Shown piece after piece: positions 30,984 through 45,033 of a DNA stretch of 64,000 nucleotides (positions are counted from its first letter, which is position 1; each line of letters opens with the position of its first letter). Source of the DNA: an uncultured delta proteobacterium (GTDB lineage Bacteria; Myxococcota_A; Polyangia; Polyangiales; JAFGIB01); NCBI GenBank assembly GCA_963778655.1, contig CAVZVA010000009.1, positions 1,344,001-1,408,000 on the forward strand. The letters run 5' to 3'. The position numbers and the translations under genes were made by a program. The notes under the pieces were generated by a model, which did not search any database, was not told the DNA's origin, and saw only the letters and a list, made by a program, of their open reading frames with translations.

Positions 30984-33431
30984 TCAGTGCGGCGCGGGCT
31001 CCACGGGAACCCACCACGCATCATCCGCCGCCGCTCGCTTCCCACCCTTCGCCCCCGTGCCCGCGGTCGTGCCCGCGCCCGCCCCCGCAGCCTCTCCCGC
31101 CGCATCCTCGCCGCCCTGCACCATCGACGCCATCGCCGCCAGCGGCTGCTGCGAGCGCCACCACGGCGTCGCACCGGCCGTCACGCGTTCGGGCTGCGCG
31201 CGCGCCGCGGCCGCGTCCCAGAAGTGCGCCGGCCCGGCTTGGGCGGGGCTGCCGGGCTGCGCGGGCGCCGGGCTCTCTGCGCGCACCGCGATCACGTAGC
31301 GCTCGACCTCGCGGCCTTTGCGGAAGCGCGGAAAGCGATAGGCGGCCACCTTCGAGTAGAGGCAGTCCTGCAGCTGCGGCGAGCCCGGCGCGAAGCTGAA
31401 CGCGTGTGTGCTGCCGTCCGCCTCGGCGATGAACGCGATGCGCACTTGGCCCAGCTTGGGATTGCGGCCGAGCTCGTCGATGATGCAGGCGCGCAGCTCG
31501 TCGGCGTGCTCGGCGAAGGTGGCGTTGACCTGGCTCTGCGTCAGCTTGTCGGGCAGTGCAGGTTTGGGCTCGGGCGCGGGCTCGGCCGTGGCCAGCGCGG
31601 GCGCGCTCGCCGCGGCCCTGCGGTCGAGGATGGCGGCCACGCCGCGCGCCAGCGCCGGGCTGGCGCGCCCGTCGCCCGCGATCTCGCGCAGCAGCGCAGG
31701 TCCTCGCTCGCCGCCGTGGGCGAGGATGCCGCGCGCGGCCTCGAGCAGGGCCTGGGGGTCCGCCGCGAAGCTGCTGTCGGCGCGATACAAGCGCAGAAAC
31801 CCGCTCAGCGGCGCCAGCACTGCGTCGTCGCCCAGGGTCGAGACCGCACGCACCACCAGCGGCAGCACGCCGATCGGCGTCTCGTGATCGAACATGCGCT
31901 CCACCAGGCGGGGCAGCGCGCGCGTCTCGTGGGCTTCGATCAACGGCGGCACGATCACGGCGAGCGGGGCAGGGCGCGTCTGCTCCAGAAAGTCGTAGCG
32001 CTGCCCCAGCGCGTCGATCAGGTACCCGAGCCCGTGGCGGCGCGTGCGCAGGGCGTCGGCGACGGCGCGCTTGAGCTCGGGCGGCGTGCTGCTCTGGTCG
32101 TAGATGTCGAGCAGGTCGCGCGTCACCTCCGGCTCGTCGAGCTCGGCCAGCCTCGCCACCGCGTACGCCCGCGCGGGCACCAGGCGATTGTCGCCGTCGA
32201 GCGCGATCTCGGCCAGCGAGCGGCGCAGCGGCTCGCCCGCGACCGCGGCGGCCGGGGCCGGCTGCAGGCCCGCGGCCTCGAGCGTGGCCGACGCAAGCTC
32301 CACGTCCAGCGCGCGCTTCAGGCGCGCTGCCCCGTCCTCGCCCGCGAGCAGCTCGAACGAGCCGTCCTCGAGCACCAGAGACAGCCCGGCGGGCACGGCC
32401 TGCCCGGCGATCGAGTCGCGCGGCAGCACGCGCGCCCAGCGCAGCGCACCGCCCGCGTCGAAGGCAAAGACGTAGCGGTAGAACACGAAGTAGTAGCGGT
32501 CGCGCGCAATCCGCAGCCCGTCTGGCCCGACCGCCTCGGGTTGCAGGTACAGCGCGATGCGCCCGCGCGCGCTGCGCCCGCCGGGCTGCGGCCAGAATGC
32601 GCTCGGCATGGCTGCAGGGTCTCCCGGCAGCGCGGCGTCCGGCAAGCGGATGAAGCTCGCGTCCTGGCGGCGGCCCCAGTAACCGTGCGCGCCCAGCCGG
32701 TATATGCTGCGCTCTCCGAAGAACACCCCGCCCTCGTCCGCACGCACCCAGTCGATCACGTCGTCGCGGCTGCGCAGTCGCTGCAGCTCGCGGCCGCTGC
32801 GCGCGTCCAGCACCGACAGGTTCTGGCGCTGCCAGGGCACGAACACCAGGCCGAAAGCCGCAGCCGGCCGCCCCAGCGCTCCGCTCGCCTCGCGCCGCCA
32901 CAGCACGCGCCCGCTGCGCGCGTCCAGCGCGGTCAGGCGCGCGTTCGGCGGCGCACGCGGATCGATCGCGCCGGCCTGACAGGTGAAGAACACACGCTCG
33001 GTGTCGCGCGCGGCGCCGAGGTAGGTGCAAGCGCCGGTGGCTGCGGAGAAACGCGCTCGTCCGCTGCGCGCGTCGAATGCGAGCAAGCGTCCGCCCGAGG
33101 TGGTCAGCACCAGGTCGCCCAGCAGCTCCGGACGCGAGTCGGCGCGCACCGCCACGCGCCAGCGCAAGCTGCCGGTGCCGAGGTCATAGGCGATCAGCGC
33201 GGGCTGGTCACCGAAGCTGGCCGCCACCAGCAGGCTGCCCGCATGCGCGCGCGCCCGCGCCGGGGGCAGGCGTTGCAGCAGCGCCTCGGTGCGCGCGGCC
33301 TCGTTGTCGGCGAAGCGGCTGTCGAACGCCGGCGCGAGCGCGCCTGCGCAACCGCCCGCACCCAGCGCGAGCGCCGCCGCCGCGGCAATCCCGATGAAGC
33401 TCCGCGCCCGCTGCCCTCCGCGCGCGCTCAT
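30984..33431 (-). CDS. Lipoprotein with PQQ-type beta-propeller, HEAT-like region and AgmX/PglI-like C-terminal domain
   Basis: Lipobox AGGC; repeated A(L/F)DARSGR motifs; ELRACIIDEL...GQVRIAF...CLYSKVAAYRFPRF. Confidence 0.75.
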   Translation of the reverse strand: MSARGGQRARSFIGIAAAAALALGAGGCAGALAPAFDSRFADNEAARTEALLQRLPPARARAHAGSLLVAASFGDQPALIAYDLGTGSLRWRVAVRADSRPELLGDLVLTTSGGRLLAFDARSGRARFSAATGACTYLGAARDTERVFFTCQAGAIDPRAPPNARLTALDARSGRVLWRREASGALGRPAAAFGLVFVPWQRQNLSVLDARSGRELQRLRSRDDVIDWVRADEGGVFFGERSIYRLGAHGYWGRRQDASFIRLPDAALPGDPAAMPSAFWPQPGGRSARGRIALYLQPEAVGPDGLRIARDRYYFVFYRYVFAFDAGGALRWARVLPRDSIAGQAVPAGLSLVLEDGSFELLAGEDGAARLKRALDVELASATLEAAGLQPAPAAAVAGEPLRRSLAEIALDGDNRLVPARAYAVARLAELDEPEVTRDLLDIYDQSSTPPELKRAVADALRTRRHGLGYLIDALGQRYDFLEQTRPAPLAVIVPPLIEAHETRALPRLVERMFDHETPIGVLPLVVRAVSTLGDDAVLAPLSGFLRLYRADSSFAADPQALLEAARGILAHGGERGPALLREIAGDGRASPALARGVAAILDRRAAASAPALATAEPAPEPKPALPDKLTQSQVNATFAEHADELRACIIDELGRNPKLGQVRIAFIAEADGSTHAFSFAPGSPQLQDCLYSKVAAYRFPRFRKGREVERYVIAVRAESPAPAQPGSPAQAGPAHFWDAAAARAQPERVTAGATPWWRSQQPLAAMASMVQGGEDAAGEAAGAGAGTTAGTGAKGGKRAAADDAWWVPVEPAPH

Positions 33432-34297
33432 CTTTGCCTCGCTCGCGGTTCGGGCGCCGGCGGCCGCGGGCGCTCGTCGATGCGGCGCGCGGTGTCGACC
33501 AGCGAGCGCTGCAGCCGCGGCTGCTTCGACCAGTCGCGGTCGGCCTGCATGTGCTCGAGAAAGCGCTTGACGGTGACGCCCGCCACCTCGCCCAGCTGCG
33601 CCACGATCCCGAGCTTGACCTGCTCTGTGAGATCGTCGCGCACGAGCATCTGCTCGTAGCCACCCAGCATCACCTGGATCGGCGTGCGCCCGAGCTGGGC
33701 GCCGAAGCGCGCGACCCCCGCCGCATCGACCAGCTTGCCGAGCGCGGGGCCGGCCTCGGGCACGCCGCGCTCGAGCGCGCGAAACAGCGGCTCGAGCTGA
33801 GCGCGCGCGCCGCGCTCCCCGAGCAGGCGCGCGCACACGCCGCGCACGCCGGCATCAACGTCGCGCAGGCCTTGGGCCAGCAGCTCGTCGGCGGCCTCTC
33901 CGGCGATGCGCCCGATCGCCGTGTACGCCGCGGCCCGCGCGCTCGCGCGGCGGTGGTGGGTCATCTCGGCCAGCACCGGCAGCGCTTCGAGCGAGCGCGT
34001 TGCGCCCAGCGCCTGGATCGCGCGATCGGCCAGCGCATCGGGCTGGCCCTGGTGCAGCAGCTCGCCGAGCGCCTGCGTTGCGCCGGGCTCGGCGTGCTCC
34101 ACCAGCACGTCGAGCGCACGCGCAATCCGGATCGGCTCGCCGCTGCGCAGGTCGGCCGTCAGCGCCGCCAGCGCCGGGCGCGCCGCCGAAGGGCCAGCCG
34201 CGCGCGCCGTGCTCGCTGCGACCAGCAGCATGGCGACAGCCCCCAGGGCGCACACCCTGCGAGCGCTCGAGAACCCGCAGCCTCTCTCGATCGGCAT
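33428..34297 (-). CDS. HEAT repeat secreted protein
   Basis: Signal-like N-terminus; AIQALG, AAYTAIG, GLRDVDAGVRGVCARLLG. Confidence 0.75.
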   Translation of the reverse strand: MPIERGCGFSSARRVCALGAVAMLLVAASTARAAGPSAARPALAALTADLRSGEPIRIARALDVLVEHAEPGATQALGELLHQGQPDALADRAIQALGATRSLEALPVLAEMTHHRRASARAAAYTAIGRIAGEAADELLAQGLRDVDAGVRGVCARLLGERGARAQLEPLFRALERGVPEAGPALGKLVDAAGVARFGAQLGRTPIQVMLGGYEQMLVRDDLTEQVKLGIVAQLGEVAGVTVKRFLEHMQADRDWSKQPRLQRSLVDTARRIDERPRPPAPEPRARQR

Positions 34298-34534
34298 CCG
34301 CGCGCGTGCTCCAGCCGTGACGTCCTTCTGGCAGGTTGATCCGGGCAAGTGAAGCGAGCTCGCGGCAGAAAGGAATCGGGCCGCGGGGGCCGGCAAGGGC
34401 AGGGCGGGAGGAGCGCGTGCCTGCTCCCCGTAAGAAGACCGGGATGGCTCAATCTTGGCACGACCGAGGACCACATGCCCCCGCTCGTAGGCACCGGCGC
34501 ACTCTGCCACTTTTCTGTGCCAGGACGTAAGCGA

Positions 34535-34543
34535 TGTTATAAT
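34535..34543 (+). promoter_or_regulatory. Extended -10 promoter element (TGnTATAAT)
   Basis: Perfect TGTTATAAT in a very GC-rich intergenic region. Confidence 0.6.
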
Positions 34544-34806
34544 AGCGGGCTCCGGCTCCGAGCCGCTCGGAGCCCTGCAGGGCCAAGCTCACCGGGTTTG
34601 TCCGGTGGGTGCGAGAGGGTCGCGCGACCCTCCCGCGAGCTGCTGGCGGTTGTGCGCTATCTGTGGGACAGGCGAGAGACCGGCGCCGGTCGGCGCCTTA
34701 GGGACGACTCAGCCCCGATCCACGGGGAGAGGCCGAGATGGCCAGCTCGACGCTATCGCAGCGGTTCGCCGCGCCCGGGCGCGTGTGGGGACGCGGCTAT
34801 GTGCGC

Positions 34807-37479
34807 ATGCGTCTGGCCGCACTGTGCCTGCTCGCGCTCGCGGCGTTGCTGCTGCTGCGCGGCCCCAGCGTGGGGACCACGCGTGGAGACGCCGAAGGCT
34901 GGATCAACGCCTGGCTGGCGCGGCGCGGGCTCAGCATGCGGCCCGGACAGCTGGTGTGGCTGGCGCCGCCGCGCGGTCCGTTCGGCCTGCGGCCACTGCT
35001 GCTGGTGGCACACCGCGCGGGCGAGCTCGACGACATCTACTACGTCGAGCTGCGTACCGGCGACACCGGCGCGGTGCTCGACGCGTGGTGGTTGACCAAC
35101 GTCACCCGTAGCTCGAGCGCTTCGGAGGGCAACCTCACGCAGCTGGGACCGTACGTAGCGTTTCTGACCCGGCTCGGCGAACAGACCGACGCCGTCGGCG
35201 TGCTGGATACGCGCGGTGAGGGCCGCCACGTGACCCGCGGGTGGCCGGCCTTTGCCCGCGCACAGAACGCGCTGACCAATTTGCAGGAGACCGGGCGGCT
35301 GCAGGGCTTTGGCCGGCGCTACTACCGGTTCGTCAGCCCACCGCAGTCGATCGCGCTGTCGGCACGCGACGGCCACTTCGTGGCGCGGGCCGACGGCGCC
35401 AAGATCGTGATCGATCCCGAGCGGCTGCGGCCTGCGCTCGGCGCGCCGCGAGTGCGGGTGCAGCAGGTGGAGAAAGGCCGGCCGGGCACCATCACCTGGC
35501 TGGTCGACGTGGTGCGCAACGTCTCCTGGATCGGCCCCGAGCCCGTGGCCTGGCTCGAGCACAGCGTATTCGGGCTCACCGACCGCCTGACCCGCGCCTA
35601 TCACGGGTTGGTGCACGAGGATACGGGCGCCGAGATGCGCGACGCGCTCGCCGTGCCGCATGCCGCGCCGCGCCCGCGGCCGGCGGAAAAGCCGCCCGAG
35701 CCCGAGCCCAAATCGCTGCTGACCGAGCCCGACCCCGAGCTACGCTGGCCGCCCCCGCCGCTGCACCGCGTCATCAACGGACGCGTGCGCGGGGAGGGGC
35801 AGTGGCTCCCGCTCTCGGACGACCCGTTCGTCAACACCTACCCGAACGCGCCGCCGGCCTTCTATCAGACCTTCATCCGGGTCGACCCCGACCGGCCTTA
35901 TACCAGCGTCTACATCACGCTGTGGGACCCGCGCCAGGTGCAGCTGCACGTGGCCATGGGCACCAAAGAGCCCGAGAGCGCCACCGGCGAGACCGGCAGT
36001 GGCGAGATCCCGCGCGAGCCGGACGTGCTGGCGCGGCTGGTGGGCGCCTTCAATGGCGGCTTTCAAGCCATGCACGGCGAGTTCGGGATGATGGCCGAGG
36101 GCAACGTCTACCTGCCGCCCAAGCCGTATGCGGCGACGGTGGCGGTGTTCGACGATGGCCGCGTGGGCATGGGCTCCTGGCCCGGGCCCGGCCGCGAGGG
36201 CTGGGACGAGGAGCGCGCGAACGCGCAGATCCCGCGCGACATGATCGCGATGCGCCAGAACCTCACCAGCGTGGTCGAGAACGGCGTCTACAACCCGTGG
36301 GACCGCTGGTGGTGGGGAGCGGCGCCGACCTTCGCGCAGGAGCAGACCTACATCGCGCGCTCTGGACTGTGCCTGACTTCCGAAGGCTACATGGCGTTCC
36401 TGTGGGGCGAGTCGATGGGCCCCGAGGAGCTGGGCAAGGCGATGCTGGCGCTGCGCTGCGTGCGCGGCATGCACCTCGACATGAACAGCAAGCACACCGG
36501 TTTCGAGCTGTACCACCCGACCGCGCCCGGGAAGGCGGAGCCCCCGCTCGGGCGCGCGCTGCGCGAGATGGAATACGACGGTCCGATCGAGCGCGGCCTG
36601 GGCTTCCGCTTTCGCGCGCGGCTTGCGGTCAAGACCATGAGCCCGCTGCGCTTTCCGCGCTACCTGCAGCGCGATCCGCGCGACTTCTTCTTCCTCACGC
36701 TCAAGGCCGTGTTGCCCGGGCCCGAGGTCCAGGTCGATGCCCACAAGGTGGCGTTCTCCAGCGCGGGGCTGCCCCAGGTGGGTTGGCCGGCCGCTTTTGC
36801 GCGAGCGCGGCTGGGCGAAGAGACGAAGCCGGGCACCTGGCTGCTGCGGATCGATCCGGCACGCGCCGTGCCCGCGCCGCTCGCGCCCGCGGAGCTCGAG
36901 CAACCGTTGGCGCGGCTTGCGGGCGTGGAGGCTGCGGGCGGCACGGGCGCGCTCGCGCTGTACGCGGTCCACGTCCACGGCCACCTGCGCTATTGCGTGG
37001 GCGAGCCGCCTGCGGATGCGACCATCGTGTTGCGCGGGCCGGAGCTCAAGCCAGGGGTGGCGGCGCTGCGTGCGCTCGGCGTCGATCACGAGGGCTTCCT
37101 GCTCTACGCCGAGACCACCCCCGAGCAGGCGCCGGGCCTGGGCCCGCGCTTGCGGCAGGCCGGCGTCGCGCGCGCATTGATGCTGCCCGACGAGAGCAGG
37201 CTGGCGTTTGCGGTGGGCGACAAGTCGGTGGCGGTCGATGGCCGCCATGAGGTCGCGCAGAAGGGCGGGTTGGCGCTGCTGGCCGAGACGCGGCCCGCGG
37301 CCCAGGTCATCTTCGCCGACGTCAAGCCCAGGCCGTACTACCGCTGGGGTGCGCTCCAGGGCCAGCGCGTGCGCTATTTCCCGACCGGCCAGCCGCGCTT
37401 CCGAGCGCCCGAGGAGGCGCTCAATCCCCCCGGCCAGCCGCCCCCCGACGCCGGCGTTCCGCGCGCCTCGCTGCGCTGA
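34807..37479 (+). CDS. Large membrane-anchored protein, possible phosphodiester glycosidase (NAGPA-like) domain
   Basis: AFNGGFQAMHGEFGMM, RSGLCLT, MHLDMN motifs; N-terminal hydrophobic segment. Confidence 0.65.
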   Translation: MRLAALCLLALAALLLLRGPSVGTTRGDAEGWINAWLARRGLSMRPGQLVWLAPPRGPFGLRPLLLVAHRAGELDDIYYVELRTGDTGAVLDAWWLTNVTRSSSASEGNLTQLGPYVAFLTRLGEQTDAVGVLDTRGEGRHVTRGWPAFARAQNALTNLQETGRLQGFGRRYYRFVSPPQSIALSARDGHFVARADGAKIVIDPERLRPALGAPRVRVQQVEKGRPGTITWLVDVVRNVSWIGPEPVAWLEHSVFGLTDRLTRAYHGLVHEDTGAEMRDALAVPHAAPRPRPAEKPPEPEPKSLLTEPDPELRWPPPPLHRVINGRVRGEGQWLPLSDDPFVNTYPNAPPAFYQTFIRVDPDRPYTSVYITLWDPRQVQLHVAMGTKEPESATGETGSGEIPREPDVLARLVGAFNGGFQAMHGEFGMMAEGNVYLPPKPYAATVAVFDDGRVGMGSWPGPGREGWDEERANAQIPRDMIAMRQNLTSVVENGVYNPWDRWWWGAAPTFAQEQTYIARSGLCLTSEGYMAFLWGESMGPEELGKAMLALRCVRGMHLDMNSKHTGFELYHPTAPGKAEPPLGRALREMEYDGPIERGLGFRFRARLAVKTMSPLRFPRYLQRDPRDFFFLTLKAVLPGPEVQVDAHKVAFSSAGLPQVGWPAAFARARLGEETKPGTWLLRIDPARAVPAPLAPAELEQPLARLAGVEAAGGTGALALYAVHVHGHLRYCVGEPPADATIVLRGPELKPGVAALRALGVDHEGFLLYAETTPEQAPGLGPRLRQAGVARALMLPDESRLAFAVGDKSVAVDGRHEVAQKGGLALLAETRPAAQVIFADVKPRPYYRWGALQGQRVRYFPTGQPRFRAPEEALNPPGQPPPDAGVPRASLR

Positions 37480-37553
37480 AAAAGCGCTGCAAGAACGTCG
37501 CAATTGCTTCCCATCGGCGGGGATGGCTAGTATGCGTCGCTGCGAGGGTCGGT

Positions 37554-40141
<2,588 letters not shown>

Positions 40142-40255
40142 GCGCGTTCTGTCCTCATCGGGAGAGGCACGCGCCCCTCCCGCGGGGGGCTCCCGCATCG
40201 CAGCGTGCGCCGGCAAACCCGGCCGCCCCGGCAAACCCGGCCGCCCTGGGACCAA

Positions 40256-40317
40256 GAAATCCACAGGAAGGCGGGAAGTCCCGAGTGTCTTGTTCTTCTC
40301 GCCTTCCCGTTGAAGCT
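40256..40317. repeat. Intergenic repeat family, copy 5
   Basis: gaaatccacaggaaggcgggaag...cttctcgccttcccgttgaag between convergent genes. Confidence 0.7.
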
Positions 40318-40372
40318 TTCCGAAGAGCCATTCCTGGACGGGCAACTAGCCAGGGTCCATGGCGTCCGCGCG

Positions 40373-40984
40373 TCACTCGACTCGGTCGTGCACGATCAGC
40401 AAGGGGTCGAGCACGAGCTCGCCGTTCTCGACCGTGGCGGTGCGCTCGAACAGCGAGAGCACGCCGTCGCCGTCGAGGTCGCCTTCGGCGCGCAGGGTCA
40501 GCAAGTCGCCCCCGTCGTCGCGCCCACTGAGCCCGCAGCCGGAACGTGCGGGCAGTATTGAGTAACGGTAGCGGAGCGCCTCGTGGGGGTCATAGCCGAG
40601 CGCGCGCCAGATCGGCGCGCCCGGCGTGTCCGGCGCACCGAAGTTGACGGGAACCGGCTCGCGCGAGGGCTGGCTCGGCGTCGGTCCCGCAGCCGCGGGC
40701 AGGCAGCGGCCCGGCGTCATGGGCCCCGCTTGCACCGCCTGCGCCAGCGCGTCGGCGGCCGCGCCTTGTGCTGGCGACGCAGCGGGTGCGGGCGCGGCGT
40801 AATAGGCGGCCGCGGCCGCGTAGATGCGCTGCAGCTGCTCCGGCGCTTCGGCCATCTTGCTCGTGCGCAGGGCGCGCGCGAAGGCCGGGATGCCGACCGC
40901 CAGCACGATGCCGAGCAAGCACACGACCAGCGCTGCCTCGATCAGCGTCAGTCCTTGCGTCCTGCGGGGGTCTCGGCGTAGCAC
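40373..40984 (-). CDS. Type IV pilin-like protein
   Basis: QG|LTLIEAALVVCLLGIVLAVGIPAF prepilin motif; C-terminal AEGDLDGDG. Confidence 0.85.
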   Translation of the reverse strand: MLRRDPRRTQGLTLIEAALVVCLLGIVLAVGIPAFARALRTSKMAEAPEQLQRIYAAAAAYYAAPAPAASPAQGAAADALAQAVQAGPMTPGRCLPAAAGPTPSQPSREPVPVNFGAPDTPGAPIWRALGYDPHEALRYRYSILPARSGCGLSGRDDGGDLLTLRAEGDLDGDGVLSLFERTATVENGELVLDPLLIVHDRVE

Positions 40985-41015
40985 GGCCGCAGTCTGCGCC
41001 GCGGGACGCGAGCGC

Positions 41016-41996
41016 TCAAGGTGGCGGGCTGGACGGCTCGGTGAAGCGGTCGGCCTCCGGGTCGAAGTCGCGCAGCAGCAGCGCCGTTCCATCGAACGGA
41101 GGCCGCGGCCCGACCAGCAGGTAGAGGTCTGGGTCGAGATAGGGGAAGTCGCGCTTGCGCGCGCGCTCCAGCTCTTCGTCGGTGCGCCGCAGGGCCTCGG
41201 CGTAGGCACTGCTGCGCAGCAGCGCCAGCCGCGCTTCGATACCCGCCTTCATGGCTGGGTCGGAGACCTGGGCGTAGACTTCCTGCAGGTGCGAGATCTC
41301 CTGCTCGTGCTGGCCCAGGCGATCGAGCTCGGCCGCGGTGCTCAGCCCGAGCCAGGGCGGCCCGGCCCCGCGCAGCGCGGCCACCTTGAGGTGCTCGACG
41401 CCGCGCTGCCGGGCTTCGGTGATCTGCGCCGGGTCCTTCAGCATCGGTACCAACTCGTACAGGTAGTCCGCGCCCAGATTCCACGCGACCTCGCCGTCGT
41501 CGGGATAGAGCTGTGCGGCTTGTTCCAGGTAGTGGATCGCTTTGCGCGCGTCCTTGGCCGTCACGCTGCCGCTGCGATACAGGGCGCACGACGCCACCCA
41601 GCTGTAGACGCGTTTGAAATGGGGATCGAGCGCGAGCATGGCGTCGGCGTAGTTGTAGAGATTGCTGACTTGGCCACCGTGCAGCAGCTCGTCGCCGAAA
41701 TAGATCAGGCTGCGCAGCCAGATCAGGTCGGCTAGGGCCTCCCGATGGCCGAGCGAGAACACCTGTAGCCACGCCGGCGGCGGTAAGTAGTAGATGTCCT
41801 CGTAGCGCTGAGTAGCCAGGAAGTGCGCTTGCCCGTTGCGGCGGGTGACACGCACAGCGCCGACGGCGACCACCAGCGCCAGCGCCAGGCCTCCCACGCT
41901 TGCGAGACGACGCACAGCGGGCAGTCTTTCGCCGCGCGCGCCCCGGCGTCCAGAAAAAAAAGCTCCCCGGCCACCGGCCGGGGAGCTTTCAGCCAT
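41016..41996 (-). CDS. Pilin-associated TPR-like protein (PilG-like position)
   Basis: TM anchor; ALADLIWLRSLIYFG...ALDPHFKRVY; lies immediately downstream of pilA. Confidence 0.7.
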   Translation of the reverse strand: MAESSPAGGRGAFFSGRRGARGERLPAVRRLASVGGLALALVVAVGAVRVTRRNGQAHFLATQRYEDIYYLPPPAWLQVFSLGHREALADLIWLRSLIYFGDELLHGGQVSNLYNYADAMLALDPHFKRVYSWVASCALYRSGSVTAKDARKAIHYLEQAAQLYPDDGEVAWNLGADYLYELVPMLKDPAQITEARQRGVEHLKVAALRGAGPPWLGLSTAAELDRLGQHEQEISHLQEVYAQVSDPAMKAGIEARLALLRSSAYAEALRRTDEELERARKRDFPYLDPDLYLLVGPRPPFDGTALLLRDFDPEADRFTEPSSPPP

Positions 41997-42015
41997 CGAG
42001 GCTGCCCGTACGCTG

Positions 42016-42558
42016 CTACTCGATTTCGTTCGCGATGTAGAAGCCGCGCGCGTGGTACAGGGTGTTGTCGTTGTCGACGCGGACTGCGAGCTCGAACGTG
42101 CTGTTGATGTTGTCGCCGTCCAAGTCACCGTTCGCGAAGAAGGTGTAGACGTCGGTATTGGCGCTCTGGCTGCACGCGCCAGTCGGAGTGCCGGAGGTGA
42201 TGCCGTAGCCGAAGTACACGTAATCGGCGATCTTGAAGCCCAACGCGGTCGCGTTGGTGCCCGCGGTGTACTGAACCTTGTCGGCGCCGGGGTTCGCGGG
42301 GTTGATTCCCTCGCTGCCGACGATGCAGTACGAGGAGTTGCCAGCGGTGACGCCGCGGCCGGTGCGCTCCTGGTTGAAGTACGAAGCGGCGGACTTGAAC
42401 ATCGAGTTCAGGTTGCCGGTCGCTTCGGACGTCTTGGAGCGGCGCACGTAACCGATGAACGCCGGAATCGCGAGGGCGGCCAAGATGCCCAAGATCGCGA
42501 CGACGATCATCAGCTCGATGAGCGTGAAGCCTGACTTCTTTTTCAACAGTTTGGCCAT
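42016..42558 (-). CDS. pilA: Type IV major pilin
   Basis: KKSG|FTLIELMIVVAILGILAALAIPAF; sigma54 promoter upstream; pilR nearby. Confidence 0.92.
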   Translation of the reverse strand: MAKLLKKKSGFTLIELMIVVAILGILAALAIPAFIGYVRRSKTSEATGNLNSMFKSAASYFNQERTGRGVTAGNSSYCIVGSEGINPANPGADKVQYTAGTNATALGFKIADYVYFGYGITSGTPTGACSQSANTDVYTFFANGDLDGDNINSTFELAVRVDNDNTLYHARGFYIANEIE

Positions 42559-42645
42559 GGTGGGTTGTTCTGTACCTTTCTGCGATGGGCTGCGCCCGCT
42601 GGTTTGGGCCCGCACCTGCGAGCCGCGTTGGCGATCGCACCAAGA

Positions 42646-42661
42646 TGCACGGCGCGTGCCA
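42646..42661 (-). promoter_or_regulatory. Sigma54 -24/-12 promoter of pilA
   Basis: Minus strand TGGCAC-GCGCC-GTGCA matches TGGCAC-N5-TTGCA with one mismatch. Confidence 0.85.
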
Positions 42662-42888
42662 TTTTGGAAAAATGCGCTGTTGCCGCGAAGCGTCTCCATT
42701 CGTGGCTAGTCGCACGTCCCAGGCCGACGCGCAGCGTCACCGCGGCAGGCCGGCGGTGACAAAAAACGGCACACTTGCTTGTGGTGCCGAGAGGGCGCAC
42801 GCGCGGCAATGCCGCACATCGCGCGGAGGGTCGCCGCGGTTGCCGCCCCAAAATTGAGTCCCCGGATTGCGGCCGCAGGCCGCGGCGG

Positions 42889-43461
42889 CTACTCCCAGCC
42901 TTGATCCGGCGAGTACCACACGCCGCGGGTGAAGCTGGTCAGCTCGAAGGTGCAATAGATGCCGTCGTCGTCCAGGTCGCCGAATGCCTGGGCCACAAAG
43001 TAGTGGTCGGTCGGCGCGAAGTAGGGGTCGGCGCCTACGTTGGCTGCTGCCACCGTCGGCAGGCCCGCCGCCACCCCATAGGAGAAGCGCACCGGTCCGT
43101 CCGGCCTGGCGCCGATCAGACTGAAGAACGCATCGGAAGCGGGGAAGGGCACGCTCGCGCTGTGGGGGCTCTTGCTCGTGGCGGGGACCGCTTGCGCGAA
43201 CACGCCGTCCGGGCTCGGAGACGCGAGCCCGCCCTGCTGTGCGTACTGCCCGAACTCGGCGCGGTAGGCCTCTTCGCGCAGCTTGATCACGCCGAGAAAT
43301 TCCGTGGCTTCGGAGGTGCGCGACTTCTGGATGTAGCCGGTGAAGGTCGGAATCGCGATCGCGGCGAGCACGCCGGTGATCACGACCACGATCATCAGCT
43401 CCATCAGGCTGTAGCCTGCGCGCGAAGGTGCGTTATCGGGGAAAGGTGGTTGTGCGTTCAT
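42889..43461 (-). CDS. Type IV pilin-like protein
   Basis: AG|YSLMELMIVVVITGVLAAIAIPTF; C-terminal AFGDLDDDG. Confidence 0.88.
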   Translation of the reverse strand: MNAQPPFPDNAPSRAGYSLMELMIVVVITGVLAAIAIPTFTGYIQKSRTSEATEFLGVIKLREEAYRAEFGQYAQQGGLASPSPDGVFAQAVPATSKSPHSASVPFPASDAFFSLIGARPDGPVRFSYGVAAGLPTVAAANVGADPYFAPTDHYFVAQAFGDLDDDGIYCTFELTSFTRGVWYSPDQGWE

Positions 43462-43548
43462 GTGCGCGGTGGGTGGGCGGACGATCGAGGATCGCCCTGC
43501 AGTATAGGCGCTGATCGCGCGCCGCACCAACTGCGCGCGTGAGCGCGG

Positions 43549-44967
<1,419 letters not shown>

Positions 44968-45033
44968 CCTGCCTAGCCTACCACGCCCTCGATCGGGACC
45001 AATGCCCGCGCGACCCCGAGGTTCGCTGCATCC

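Noticed and set aside
34455..34475. TTGGCACG as a sigma54 -24 box
   Set aside because: No TGC at the -12 position.
40210..40245. 18-bp tandem repeat CCGGCAAACCCGGCCGCC x2
   Set aside because: Only two copies and no assignable function.
42559..42640. c-di-GMP riboswitch in the pilA leader
   Set aside because: Only a vague CAAACC resemblance; the GNRA/receptor and GCAAAGCC core are missing.
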